A stretch of DNA of 64,000 nucleotides from a virus, in the IMG/VR virus record IMGVR_UViG_3300022666_000353, positions 29,840 to 93,839 of that record. One strand, given 5' to 3'. Positions 9,312-15,902 of this stretch are shown one piece after another. The notes beneath the pieces were generated by a model. It did no database searches and was not told where the DNA came from. It saw only the letters and a list, made by a program, of their open reading frames with translations. Position 1 is the first letter of the stretch. The number at the start of each line of letters is the position of its first letter. A program made the translations under genes and the position numbers.

Positions 9312-9779
9312 CTATGGCATAGGAGAAGTCCAACGAGTTGCGCCCTTACGGATGAGCCAGTTCTCTACTTCAGCCCAAACCTTCGTCCCATCTTTTACCG
9401 GAAATGACGTGATTTCCGTTCGCTTGCCGTTGATGACCTCCACGACCATATCCAAGAACGACCCCGTCAACGGGTCCAGACAGAACAGGTGCCAGCGAAA
9501 ACCAGAGCCAGATTTCTCACGATACACACGATAGGTTCCGTTGTCCCGCAGGCACCCCCGCACCCAATTCACATCGGACGCGCTGTGCGCCAGGAATGGG
9601 TGAGACGCATTGAGCTCAATGCTCCCTACGCCAGGGACTTCGAGTGTTCCTTCCTGCACCCTACCCGGTGCGTCGGCAACCACCCGAAGAACCGCAAACG
9701 CCGTGGCTGCGATAATACCCAAAAGAAGGATTAACGTAGGAAGACCATTGTTTCTGTGGCAGCACTCAGTTGCATTCAT
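9312..9779 (-). CDS. membrane-anchored hypothetical protein
   Basis: N-terminal TM helix followed by a soluble domain ending EITSF. Confidence 0.6.
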   Translation of the reverse strand: MNATECCHRNNGLPTLILLLGIIAATAFAVLRVVADAPGRVQEGTLEVPGVGSIELNASHPFLAHSASDVNWVRGCLRDNGTYRVYREKSGSGFRWHLFCLDPLTGSFLDMVVEVINGKRTEITSFPVKDGTKVWAEVENWLIRKGATRWTSPMP

Positions 9780-10029
9780 CCAACACCTCCGAAAGCTCGG
9801 ATACTAGAAGTTCTATCGACGCTTTACGCGTTTCTTCAGTTGATAGATTGGCACCGATGAGCATATCCAGCCACTGCCGTTCGTCACAGCTCAGTGTTTC
9901 CCACACCGGGCCGGCTTTCACATCGCCGGCCAAAGTTACGTCCTCAACCGCTAACCTGTTGCTCAACACAGACCAGGCCAGCGCAGACAATACAGGTTTA
10001 AGTTTGGTCAGACGTTCCAGGTTTTCCAT
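9766..10029 (-). CDS. hypothetical protein
   Basis: SD GGAGG; downstream of a promoter. Confidence 0.6.
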   Translation of the reverse strand: MENLERLTKLKPVLSALAWSVLSNRLAVEDVTLAGDVKAGPVWETLSCDERQWLDMLIGANLSTEETRKASIELLVSELSEVLDECN

Positions 10030-10064
10030 GCTTTCCTCCAGGTCACTTAACTAATTACACTATA

Positions 10065-10094
10065 ATTATAGCATAAAAACCTATGAGAAGTCAA
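10065..10094 (-). promoter_or_regulatory. sigma70-type promoter
   Basis: TTGACT-N18-TATAAT with TGn extension and TATAATTATA palindrome. Confidence 0.7.
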
Positions 10095-10905
10095 CCCAGT
10101 CTTCACCAATTTCCAGCTTTGAACGCATTGTGTCCCACACATACCCCGAGTTAGACGTGTCCTCTGGCTTACAATTCAGAGCGGACAGCCCCGCATCATC
10201 TTCTGATACGAACCAGGCGATGTGTTCGAACGGACTCATGTGCCCGTTATATAGAAGACGTTGGGCCAGTTCAAAGTTATCTCCGTCGTTCTTACCGGAG
10301 TACGTCACACGGGCAATGCGCCCAGCAGCTTCCATAGGGTGCCCGCCGAACGGGACGTGTACCCCGCTATACTGCCAGTTGATGGTGTCAATAACATGCT
10401 TGACGGAACGTGCAAATATTTGCATGGCTGTGTCCGCGTTAGTCGTCAGGCGAAGTTCCAGAAACTTTTCCCAGGCGTGTTCGGTTCCGGTGATAATCCC
10501 TGTAACCATTTTAATTGTCGGCAACAGCCGATTAGCCTGTTCACGAGAAACCCCAAGCTCGGTCAACAGGTTTACGTAGGATACTGCGTCTTCCCAGGCT
10601 TGTTCCCACACACGCGATGCTAAGATTTGTGTGTCCTCTGGTAGTGCGGCTCCCACGCTCATTCCCGGGCGGTCCTCATAAAACGTTTCCGGCGTGTAAT
10701 GTCCCATGCCAACATGGCGGTCAGGTCGCTGTGCGCGTGAGCTAGAAGCGTTGCGGGCAAAACGTCGATGCGTCAAAATCTCGGTCCAGATGTAGACCGG
10801 CAAGTGAACCTGTAACGTAATTAAACCGTTATACGCGTACGGTTCGCCCCGCGTGGCAAGCACAGGTAGCACCGTCATTGCATTATTAGTTTCCGTCATC
10901 GTCAC
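10081..10905 (-). CDS. thyX: FAD-dependent thymidylate synthase
   Basis: EILTHRRFARNASSSRA signature, EQANRLLP, ARVTY, GHMSPFEH. Confidence 0.85.
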   Translation of the reverse strand: MTMTETNNAMTVLPVLATRGEPYAYNGLITLQVHLPVYIWTEILTHRRFARNASSSRAQRPDRHVGMGHYTPETFYEDRPGMSVGAALPEDTQILASRVWEQAWEDAVSYVNLLTELGVSREQANRLLPTIKMVTGIITGTEHAWEKFLELRLTTNADTAMQIFARSVKHVIDTINWQYSGVHVPFGGHPMEAAGRIARVTYSGKNDGDNFELAQRLLYNGHMSPFEHIAWFVSEDDAGLSALNCKPEDTSNSGYVWDTMRSKLEIGEDWVDFS

Positions 10906-11233
10906 TCCCGTTTAGTTTTACACGTGAAAATAAAATGTCCGCCAGGCTGACTTCAGACTTACCACAAGTCCACACATTCGTATACTTCGTGTCGCCGCAG
11001 CTCGGACACTGAATTGGGTTTACCCTGTTAATCTGGTCGTATTGAGTACCGTTTATCAGCACGTGCTCCCCAACAACCCCAAACACACTCGGGTCATACA
11101 CGTCAGACCCGCACACGGCACACCTGGTGTAAGGGTGGTCGGGTACATAAACAATCACCTGGTCAACGACGGCCCTATCTAAAATACACGCGTCTGGTCC
11201 GATATGATAAACGTTGTTAATCTCCTCAGACAT
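10886..11233 (-). CDS. Zn-binding hypothetical protein
   Basis: Two CxxC motifs. Confidence 0.55.
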   Translation of the reverse strand: MSEEINNVYHIGPDACILDRAVVDQVIVYVPDHPYTRCAVCGSDVYDPSVFGVVGEHVLINGTQYDQINRVNPIQCPSCGDTKYTNVWTCGKSEVSLADILFSRVKLNGSDDDGN

Positions 11234-11241
11234 TGTCTCAC

Positions 11242-11715
11242 CTATACCACGTCACCTACAAAGTGCAATGTGTCAGCCAGGGACAAGCCAAAGAACGCAC
11301 CAACAAGTCCCGTAAAAACCAGAGGATGCACAGCCACATTGAAATACCACACAGACACGGCAGGGATAAACAATAACCACACTATCCGAATCGCCGTGCT
11401 AACAAACGGGAAGTGTGAGAAAAAATTTCTGTGCCCCTTTCTGCCAAACCCTACGAAACGCATAACCCACGCGTATATAACGAACCATGCCACCAGGACC
11501 GCCCCAACAATCTTTAACTCACGCATCATGCGCCCCTCTGAGTTGGTCAAGCCAAGCAGGTCAAGGTCGGGGTCGAACCACCTGCCTGACAGGTACCCAG
11601 CAACGACTCCAACAGAATAAACCGGCTCACCAGACACAACCCCCACGACCAGGGCTGCGCCGGCTGCCGGTATAATCCCATATTTCCATACCTTTAAATG
11701 TCCTTTTCCGTCCAC
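11242..11715 (-). CDS. DUF2227-like membrane metal-binding protein
   Basis: H, PDLD, HR..FSH and DTLH motifs with TM helices. Confidence 0.75.
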   Translation of the reverse strand: MDGKGHLKVWKYGIIPAAGAALVVGVVSGEPVYSVGVVAGYLSGRWFDPDLDLLGLTNSEGRMMRELKIVGAVLVAWFVIYAWVMRFVGFGRKGHRNFFSHFPFVSTAIRIVWLLFIPAVSVWYFNVAVHPLVFTGLVGAFFGLSLADTLHFVGDVV

Positions 11716-11963
11716 TTGTTTTTACCTATAAACGGCGGCTCCTCTCCAATAAAATCGTCCCCGTCGAAAATCAGAACCGGTTTGTAAAGTGCCTCAGCAT
11801 ACATATCTGCGGACGACTTAAACTCTTCCCGGTTGTCTCCTCCCGGACCTATACCGCGAACGGTCAACCCATTCGGTTTACCGGCGTCGTCGTAGTAAAC
11901 TTCGTGGATTTCGTAATAGCTGCGCGGGTGCTGCTTAACTACTCGGTAATTCCATCCGGCCAC
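11694..11963 (-). CDS. conserved phage protein (WNYRV family)
   Basis: WNYRVV...IHEVYYD..G.P motif. Confidence 0.65.
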   Translation of the reverse strand: MAGWNYRVVKQHPRSYYEIHEVYYDDAGKPNGLTVRGIGPGGDNREEFKSSADMYAEALYKPVLIFDGDDFIGEEPPFIGKNKWTEKDI

Positions 11964-12196
11964 GTACCCTCCGTTTCCAACGTTATTAAAGACTCCAGGT
12001 CATTAACGAGTCCGCGCAACTGCTCTACTGATAACCAAATAGCTCCGCTGCTGTCCCCGACGTCCACGGATAACATAAAAGTTCTTTCTCCGTTATCCCC
12101 TTTATCTGGCTGTATCGCGGCTGACCCGGAACAATAACGAGAACCACACCCGCACGGGACGTAAATCATTGGACGGCCCAATTCATTTCTTTCCAT
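11939..12196 (-). CDS. hypothetical protein
   Basis: SD GGAGGA; CxCxxxxC. Confidence 0.5.
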   Translation of the reverse strand: MERNELGRPMIYVPCGCGSRYCSGSAAIQPDKGDNGERTFMLSVDVGDSSGAIWLSVEQLRGLVNDLESLITLETEGTWPDGITE

Positions 12197-12434
12197 CGTC
12201 CTCCTCCTTTGCCATTCGGATGATGTCAGCCAGGGTCTCAATTATTTCTCTGCGAATGTCTGGGTCTATTTCTTCAAACCCATGCTTAATACCGCGCCGG
12301 TCACAAAGGTTTGCTACAACACCACGGGCCGCCCGGTAAGCCCAGTCTCCCTCAACTACAAACCCTTCTCCATCCGGGGCATCATACGGCCACTGTGTCC
12401 CTGCCTCAAGGTTCCATTTTGCGTAATCGGTCAC
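12183..12434 (-). CDS. hypothetical protein
   Basis: SD AAGGAGG; DRRGIK motif. Confidence 0.6.
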   Translation of the reverse strand: MTDYAKWNLEAGTQWPYDAPDGEGFVVEGDWAYRAARGVVANLCDRRGIKHGFEEIDPDIRREIIETLADIIRMAKEEDDGKK

Positions 12435-12462
12435 TATGTCCTCCTTAAATCAAAACGACCCG

Positions 12463-12705
12463 TTATTCTTTCGGGGCGTTAAAGATGGAAACAGGCATTG
12501 AGGCCGCACTTACTGACGGTATTTCTACCCAACAATACAACGTGCCATGGTAATACCACAGCCTGCCAGGTTGCACGCGGGCCAGGTCTTGTAAGCATTC
12601 CTCAGAAATCACATCGCCGCTTCCGTCTACGTCACCAACTTTTGCAATAATCCCCCGAACAAATACTTTTGGGTCGTTATCGCTGCTAAGAATAACATTG
12701 TTCAA
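12463..12705 (-). CDS. small protein resembling a prohead-protease/XkdF N-terminus
   Basis: VRGII..VGDVDGSGDVIS resembles VRGFF..DNKDETGDIIT of the protease at 34235. Confidence 0.4.
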   Translation of the reverse strand: MNNVILSSDNDPKVFVRGIIAKVGDVDGSGDVISEECLQDLARVQPGRLWYYHGTLYCWVEIPSVSAASMPVSIFNAPKE

Positions 12706-12733
12706 AACGCACCATCCTTTAAATTAAAAAAGA

Positions 12734-12805
12734 AGCCCCCACCCAGACGTGCGCTGGGTTCTCCTGATTACAGGTCAGGTGCGTCACTATATACGCTTTA
12801 GGGGC
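12734..12805 (-). tRNA. tRNA-Thr(UGU), atypical (C33, T-loop CGCACGU)
   Basis: Cloverleaf: GCCCCTA/TGGGGGC, GCGT/ACGC, CCTGA-CCTGTAA-TCAGG, CCCAG/CTGGG. Confidence 0.75.
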
Positions 12806-12811
12806 AGTCAA

Positions 12812-12883
12812 AGCCGAAGGAGAGATTTGAACTCTCAACCTACCCGATACGAACGGGCTGCTCTACCGTTGGGCTACTTCGGC
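12812..12883 (-). tRNA. tRNA-Thr(CGU)
   Basis: GCCGAAG/CTTCGGC, GCCCG-TTCGTAT-CGGGT, GAGAG-TTCAAAT-CTCTC. Confidence 0.9.
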
Positions 12884-13024
12884 GTACGGGTACGGGCATT
12901 GCGACAGAGGCTCGTTAGGTAGTGGCCCTAGATTTGTTATGCGCTTCCTGCTGCGGCAAGGGGAACCACTCGCGCTTCCACCCACTCCGGCTTGTATCCC
13001 GGTTTGTACGTCCTTGACCCGTTA
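12884..13024 (-). ncRNA. unassigned structured RNA A
   Basis: Closing stem ACGGGT/ACCCGT; AGTGGTTC/GGGCCACT; CTTGC-CGCA-GCAGG; no plausible ORF. Confidence 0.45.
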
Positions 13025-13060
13025 GTTTTAAAAATAGGACACAGCGACCTGTGTCCTTCT

Positions 13061-13172
13061 GCACCAGGTTTACTACCACCTCACGGATACTGTTTAGCTA
13101 TTCGACTATCCGCGGTTCATCGAACGTGCTTTAGCAAGGTCTTCTTTGTACTTGAGAAGACGAGCCTGGTAC
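13061..13172 (-). ncRNA. unassigned structured RNA B
   Basis: GTACCAGG/CCTGGTGC closes arms GTCTTCT/AGAAGAC and CGCGGATA/TATCCGTG. Confidence 0.55.
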
Positions 13173-13176
13173 ATAG

Positions 13177-13244
13177 TAGCGGGGGAGAGGGTCGAACTCT
13201 CTTAAGGAAGGTTATGGGCCTGCCGGGTTCCGAACCACCCCGCT
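13177..13244 (-). tRNA. tRNA-Met(CAU)-like with collapsed D-arm
   Basis: AGCGGGG/CCCCGCT-A, AGG-CCCATAA-CCT, GAGAG-TTCGACC-CTCTC; D region only GTTCGGAAC; 68 nt. Confidence 0.65.
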
Positions 13245-13249
13245 TCAAA

Positions 13250-13453
13250 TCAACTAACTTTTACGTACCTAATTTCTTTTGCTTGTCGTTCTTCCGTCTG
13301 TCCTACGTAGTACGCAGCCACAATCAAAGCATCCACATTGGACATGTCCACGGCCTTACCATACAACTGACCTGCGGCAATCTTTTCCTTAATGGTCCGT
13401 GCCATGAACTCAATCGAAAGTTTCTCTACATCCTGATACGGGCCCATAATCAT
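13250..13453 (-). CDS. hypothetical protein inside the RNA operon
   Basis: SD AGGAG; 67 aa. Confidence 0.55.
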   Translation of the reverse strand: MIMGPYQDVEKLSIEFMARTIKEKIAAGQLYGKAVDMSNVDALIVAAYYVGQTEERQAKEIRYVKVS

Positions 13454-13477
13454 TCTCCTGGTTTTGCTGGCCTAGAG

Positions 13478-13612
13478 TGGTCATCCAGCGCGGGGTCAGT
13501 GCTCGAACCCTTTGTACGGTGCTTCTTCCGTCAGTAGGATTGAACAGCGGGCCTGTTCTCCCCAGCAAGTCCAGTTGCAACGACTGTCGGCTATCACTGT
13601 GTGCCGAATGAC
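13478..13612 (-). ncRNA. unassigned structured RNA C
   Basis: 10-bp closing stem GTCATTCGGC/GCTGGATGAC then CA; arms GAACAG/CTGTTC, ACGG/CCGT, GGGTT/GACCC. Confidence 0.6.
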
Positions 13613-13616
13613 TAGG

Positions 13617-13688
13617 CGGGCTGGGAGCGTCTCGAACGCTCACTTCCCGTTTAAACGGCGGGTGTTCTGCCTAATGAACTTCCAACCC
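13617..13688 (-). tRNA. tRNA-Lys(UUU)-like, atypical anticodon loop
   Basis: GGGTTGG/CCAGCCC-G, GTTC/GAAC, CCCGC-CGTTTAA-ACGGG (G33, C31.A39), GAGCG-TTCGAGA-CGCTC. Confidence 0.7.
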
Positions 13689-13722
13689 GTGTGGACACAG
13701 TCGCCGCTGTGTCCGTTTCGTG

Positions 13723-14082
13723 CTAGTTAATTTCGTGGTACTCCAGCACCGCCACATCGGGGAACCGGACGTAGCCTTCGTCCGCGTCAAAGTAATACAG
13801 TTCTGCCGCGTTCAGCGGGGCAGGCCAACGCTCTTTCCACATCACCACCATTGCGCCCGCCTCTTCTTCCGTCACCGTGCCGGTGGACGCCAGGTAATTC
13901 GCCAGGTTGCGAACCGCACTCAACGCGGCCTCATACTTTTTCTGCGCCCGTTCGAACGTGCCGATTGCGGTGTTCTGCCACTCCTGCCAGGGGCCGTCAT
14001 CGGACAGCACCCGCACACCATCTTCAACCACACGGGCCGTGATTTTCTCCGAACACCAATCTTTCACTACTTCGATATACAC
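13723..14082 (-). CDS. hypothetical protein inside the RNA operon
   Basis: SD AGGAGG before GTG at 14082. Confidence 0.65.
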   Translation of the reverse strand: MYIEVVKDWCSEKITARVVEDGVRVLSDDGPWQEWQNTAIGTFERAQKKYEAALSAVRNLANYLASTGTVTEEEAGAMVVMWKERWPAPLNAAELYYFDADEGYVRFPDVAVLEYHEIN

Positions 14083-14118
14083 GTGTAATCCTCCTAAACT
14101 AGTAGAATAAAGGACCAG

Positions 14119-14212
14119 AGCGGGAGAGTGGACTTGAACCACTACCTCCTCCACTGCCTGTTTAAGCTACCAGTCACAGTGGCGTGCTGTACCGCACTAT
14201 ACACCACCCCGC
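14119..14212 (-). tRNA. tRNA-like RNA with Gly-type acceptor and extended anticodon arm
   Basis: GCGGGG/CTCCCGC-U, D arm GTGT/GCAC, T arm AGTGG-TTCAAGT-CCACT; anticodon arm is 32 nt. Confidence 0.65.
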
Positions 14213-14258
14213 ATAATAGGGACACGGGCAATCCTTAGTCATGCCGCTGTGTCCCATA

Positions 14259-14353
14259 CCGCCCATCCGTCTTTCCCCGTCCTTCCCCGGTCTGGTTTCC
14301 CCTAATCCCTGTTTCCAGGGGAATGGTAGAACTCTCAGTCACGTGATGGGCAG
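14259..14353 (-). ncRNA. unassigned structured RNA D (G-run rich)
   Basis: CTGCCCATC/GATGGGCGG closing stem; CCCTG-GAAA-CAGGG; three GGGGAA repeats. Confidence 0.5.
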
Positions 14354-14357
14354 TGAG

Positions 14358-14443
14358 TGGTGACGGCTGGATTTGAACCAGCATTACCCATGTGGGAACC
14401 TGTTTTACAGACAAGCGCGACTAACCGTATTCGCATCGTCACC
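14358..14443 (-). tRNA. tRNA-Tyr(GUA)
   Basis: GGTGACG/CGTCACC-A, CTTGT-CTGTAAA-ACAGG, long variable arm, TTCAAAT loop. Confidence 0.9.
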
Positions 14444-14479
14444 GTAAATAAACTAAATTTTTGTGGTACACCAAAAGAC

Positions 14480-14560
14480 CAATCTCCGGGGGACTAAGGC
14501 GGTCAGACCCTAGTCCCCCTTTACCTGGAGGTTGAAAATGAAGGGGCGGTCAGACCCCTA
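14480..14560 (-). ncRNA. twin-hairpin RNA E with identical UCUGACCG loops
   Basis: AGGGG-TCTGACCG-CCCCT and GGGGGACTAGGG-TCTGACCG-CCTTAGTCCCCC. Confidence 0.55.
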
Positions 14561-14561
14561 G

Positions 14562-14636
14562 AGAGCGGGGCAGGGGTTGAACCTGCTACCTCCTGGTTGT
14601 CTTACCCAGGGCTCCTACCGCGGAGCTTCCCACTCT
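14562..14636 (-). tRNA. tRNA-like RNA with 9-nt anticodon loop (identity undetermined)
   Basis: GAGTGGG/CCCGCTC, GCTC/GAGC, CCTGG-GTAAGACAA-CCAGG, GCAGG-TTCAACC-CCTGC. Confidence 0.7.
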
Positions 14637-14747
14637 GGTCGAGCGTCCCAGCGTCGTCTGGGTTAGCCGGTCACGTTGGTGGCCTCCCGCTGAACCCGGC
14701 GCGGTACACCTGCCATACCGCTGGCGTCCGTTCACCACATCACTCGA
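14636..14747 (-). ncRNA. enlarged tRNA-like RNA F ending in ACCA
   Basis: TCGAGTG/CGCTCGA followed by CCA; CCCAG/CTGGG arm next to the acceptor; long TGAAC..GCGGTA/TACCGC..GTTCA arm. Confidence 0.55.
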
Positions 14748-14768
14748 AGTAAATGTCCCAGTCCACAA

Positions 14769-14843
14769 AGCCCCGTCAGGGTCGGGTATCTAACCTGGAT
14801 ACCACCACTCTATATTTCAAGAGTTTCGATGGGTGGGCGGGCT
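14769..14843 (-). ncRNA. tRNA-sized structured RNA G
   Basis: AGCCC/GGGCT closing stem; ACTCT/AGAGT and GGTATC/GATACC arms. Confidence 0.4.
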
Positions 14844-14972
14844 TATCACTGGTTTGTCCCTGTCGCTGCCGGTCTGCTTGCCGACTGTCATCACCACTCC
14901 GCGCTAAATCCAGGTGACGGAAAGGAGAGATGGTTACTCCTCTGGCGGGCTGTCTTTTCCAGCGGTCATTGT

Positions 14973-15106
14973 CCGACTGAATTGTGTCCGGCTACCGAGT
15001 TTTTTGATGTGTTGGTAAATGGATTGGGTATGCGCCAAAGAGCCTATCCTCTGTAATAGCTCCTGATAAGTCACCAACACGTCTCTGACCCGTTCCAGTC
15101 AGTCGC
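14973..15106 (-). ncRNA. rod-shaped RNA H with central bubble
   Basis: CGACTGA/TCAGTCG closing stem, A-rich internal loop, GTGTTGGTGA/TTACCAACAC stem. Confidence 0.5.
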
Positions 15107-15113
15107 AACCAAA

Positions 15114-15185
15114 AGGCACTTGAGTGATTCGAACACTCGTCTGCGCCGTACAACCGGCGCGTTTTCCCAATTAAACTAAAGTGCC
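15114..15185 (-). tRNA. tRNA-like RNA with Cys-type acceptor and 6-nt anticodon loop
   Basis: GGCACTT/AAGTGCC-U, GTTT/AAAC, CGCCG-GTTGTA-CGGCG, GAGTG-TTCGAAT-CACTC. Confidence 0.7.
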
Positions 15186-15274
15186 GTCGTCCCTACGTTC
15201 CCGTCATTACGGGTCTATGGGTTGCCTCAGTCCCAACTCTGGAGGTGAACATGACTGGCCACACCTGGCCAAGG

Positions 15275-15348
15275 CGGTGCCGGGGGGGAGTTGAACCCAC
15301 AACCTCCTGTTTTGGAGACAGGTGCTCTGCCAATTGAGCCTCCGGCCC
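15275..15348 (-). tRNA. tRNA-Trp(CCA)
   Basis: GCTC/GAGC D arm, CCTGT-CTCCAAA-ACAGG, TTCAACT loop; acceptor stem imperfect. Confidence 0.85.
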
Positions 15349-15350
15349 GT

Positions 15351-15562
15351 AAGATTGGGACACGGTGAGGTGCCTGAGAATAGCGCCGCGCCAGTTATTC
15401 TTCGTTCGTTTATCGGCCATCTCCTGGACCCTCCTGGTACTGGATGCGCCCCCGCAGTGCCACGTACTACCAGGATTAGAGCATTCCGACTACCCACGAC
15501 ACCGAGGCCACTCACCTAACTTACAGGTCGGTGCGGCTGACACAACCCGTGTCCCAAATCTT
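15351..15562 (-). ncRNA. unassigned ~210-nt structured RNA I
   Basis: ~15-bp closing stem AAGATT(T)GGGACACGG/CCGTGTCCCAATCTT; TCCTGGTA/TACCAGGA and AGAATA/TATTCT arms. Confidence 0.6.
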
Positions 15563-15638
15563 TAAATTAAGTTTTCTTCCCAACGCACCTCCCACGGGTT
15601 CTATGGGTTGCCTCTGTCCCTTCTTGTCCAACTCGCAG

Positions 15639-15901
15639 TGGACCCGGTGGCATCGAAGCCACGTCACTCAGCGCCTTTAGTTCTCCTGATGTAGAGTCAT
15701 TCCCGTTATATCCTGCGGGTCAGGTCTTACCACCCCCACCACCTGGTTACTTACGCGAAGGCCAGGACTTCGTCAGACACAGGTGCTACGATAACTTTGC
15801 ACCCAAACAACTGTTCAGCTAAAGAGACTTCGTCTTTATTGGCTTTTGTTTTTTGTGACTCTCGGATTAGTTTGACACCAAGCTCGAAACCTTGCGGGCC
15901 C
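15639..15901 (-). ncRNA. ssrA: tmRNA, compact (263 nt)
   Basis: 5' GGGCCCG..GGTTTCGA; 3' GAC-GTGGC-TTCGAT-GCCAC-CGGGTCC-A with G3.U70; tag frame ANKDEVSLAEQLFGCKVIVAPVSDEVLAFA*. Confidence 0.9.
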
Positions 15902-15902
15902 T

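Noticed and set aside
13617-13688. Ochre (UUA) suppressor tRNA and stop-codon recoding
   Set aside because: Standard numbering puts UUU at positions 34-36; the CCGTTTAAACGG palindrome gives only a tetraloop; genes end normally at TAA, TAG and TGA.
15186-15274. Theta/HDV-like ribozyme after a tRNA
   Set aside because: I could not build the nested double pseudoknot by eye; kept only as an unassigned repeated module.
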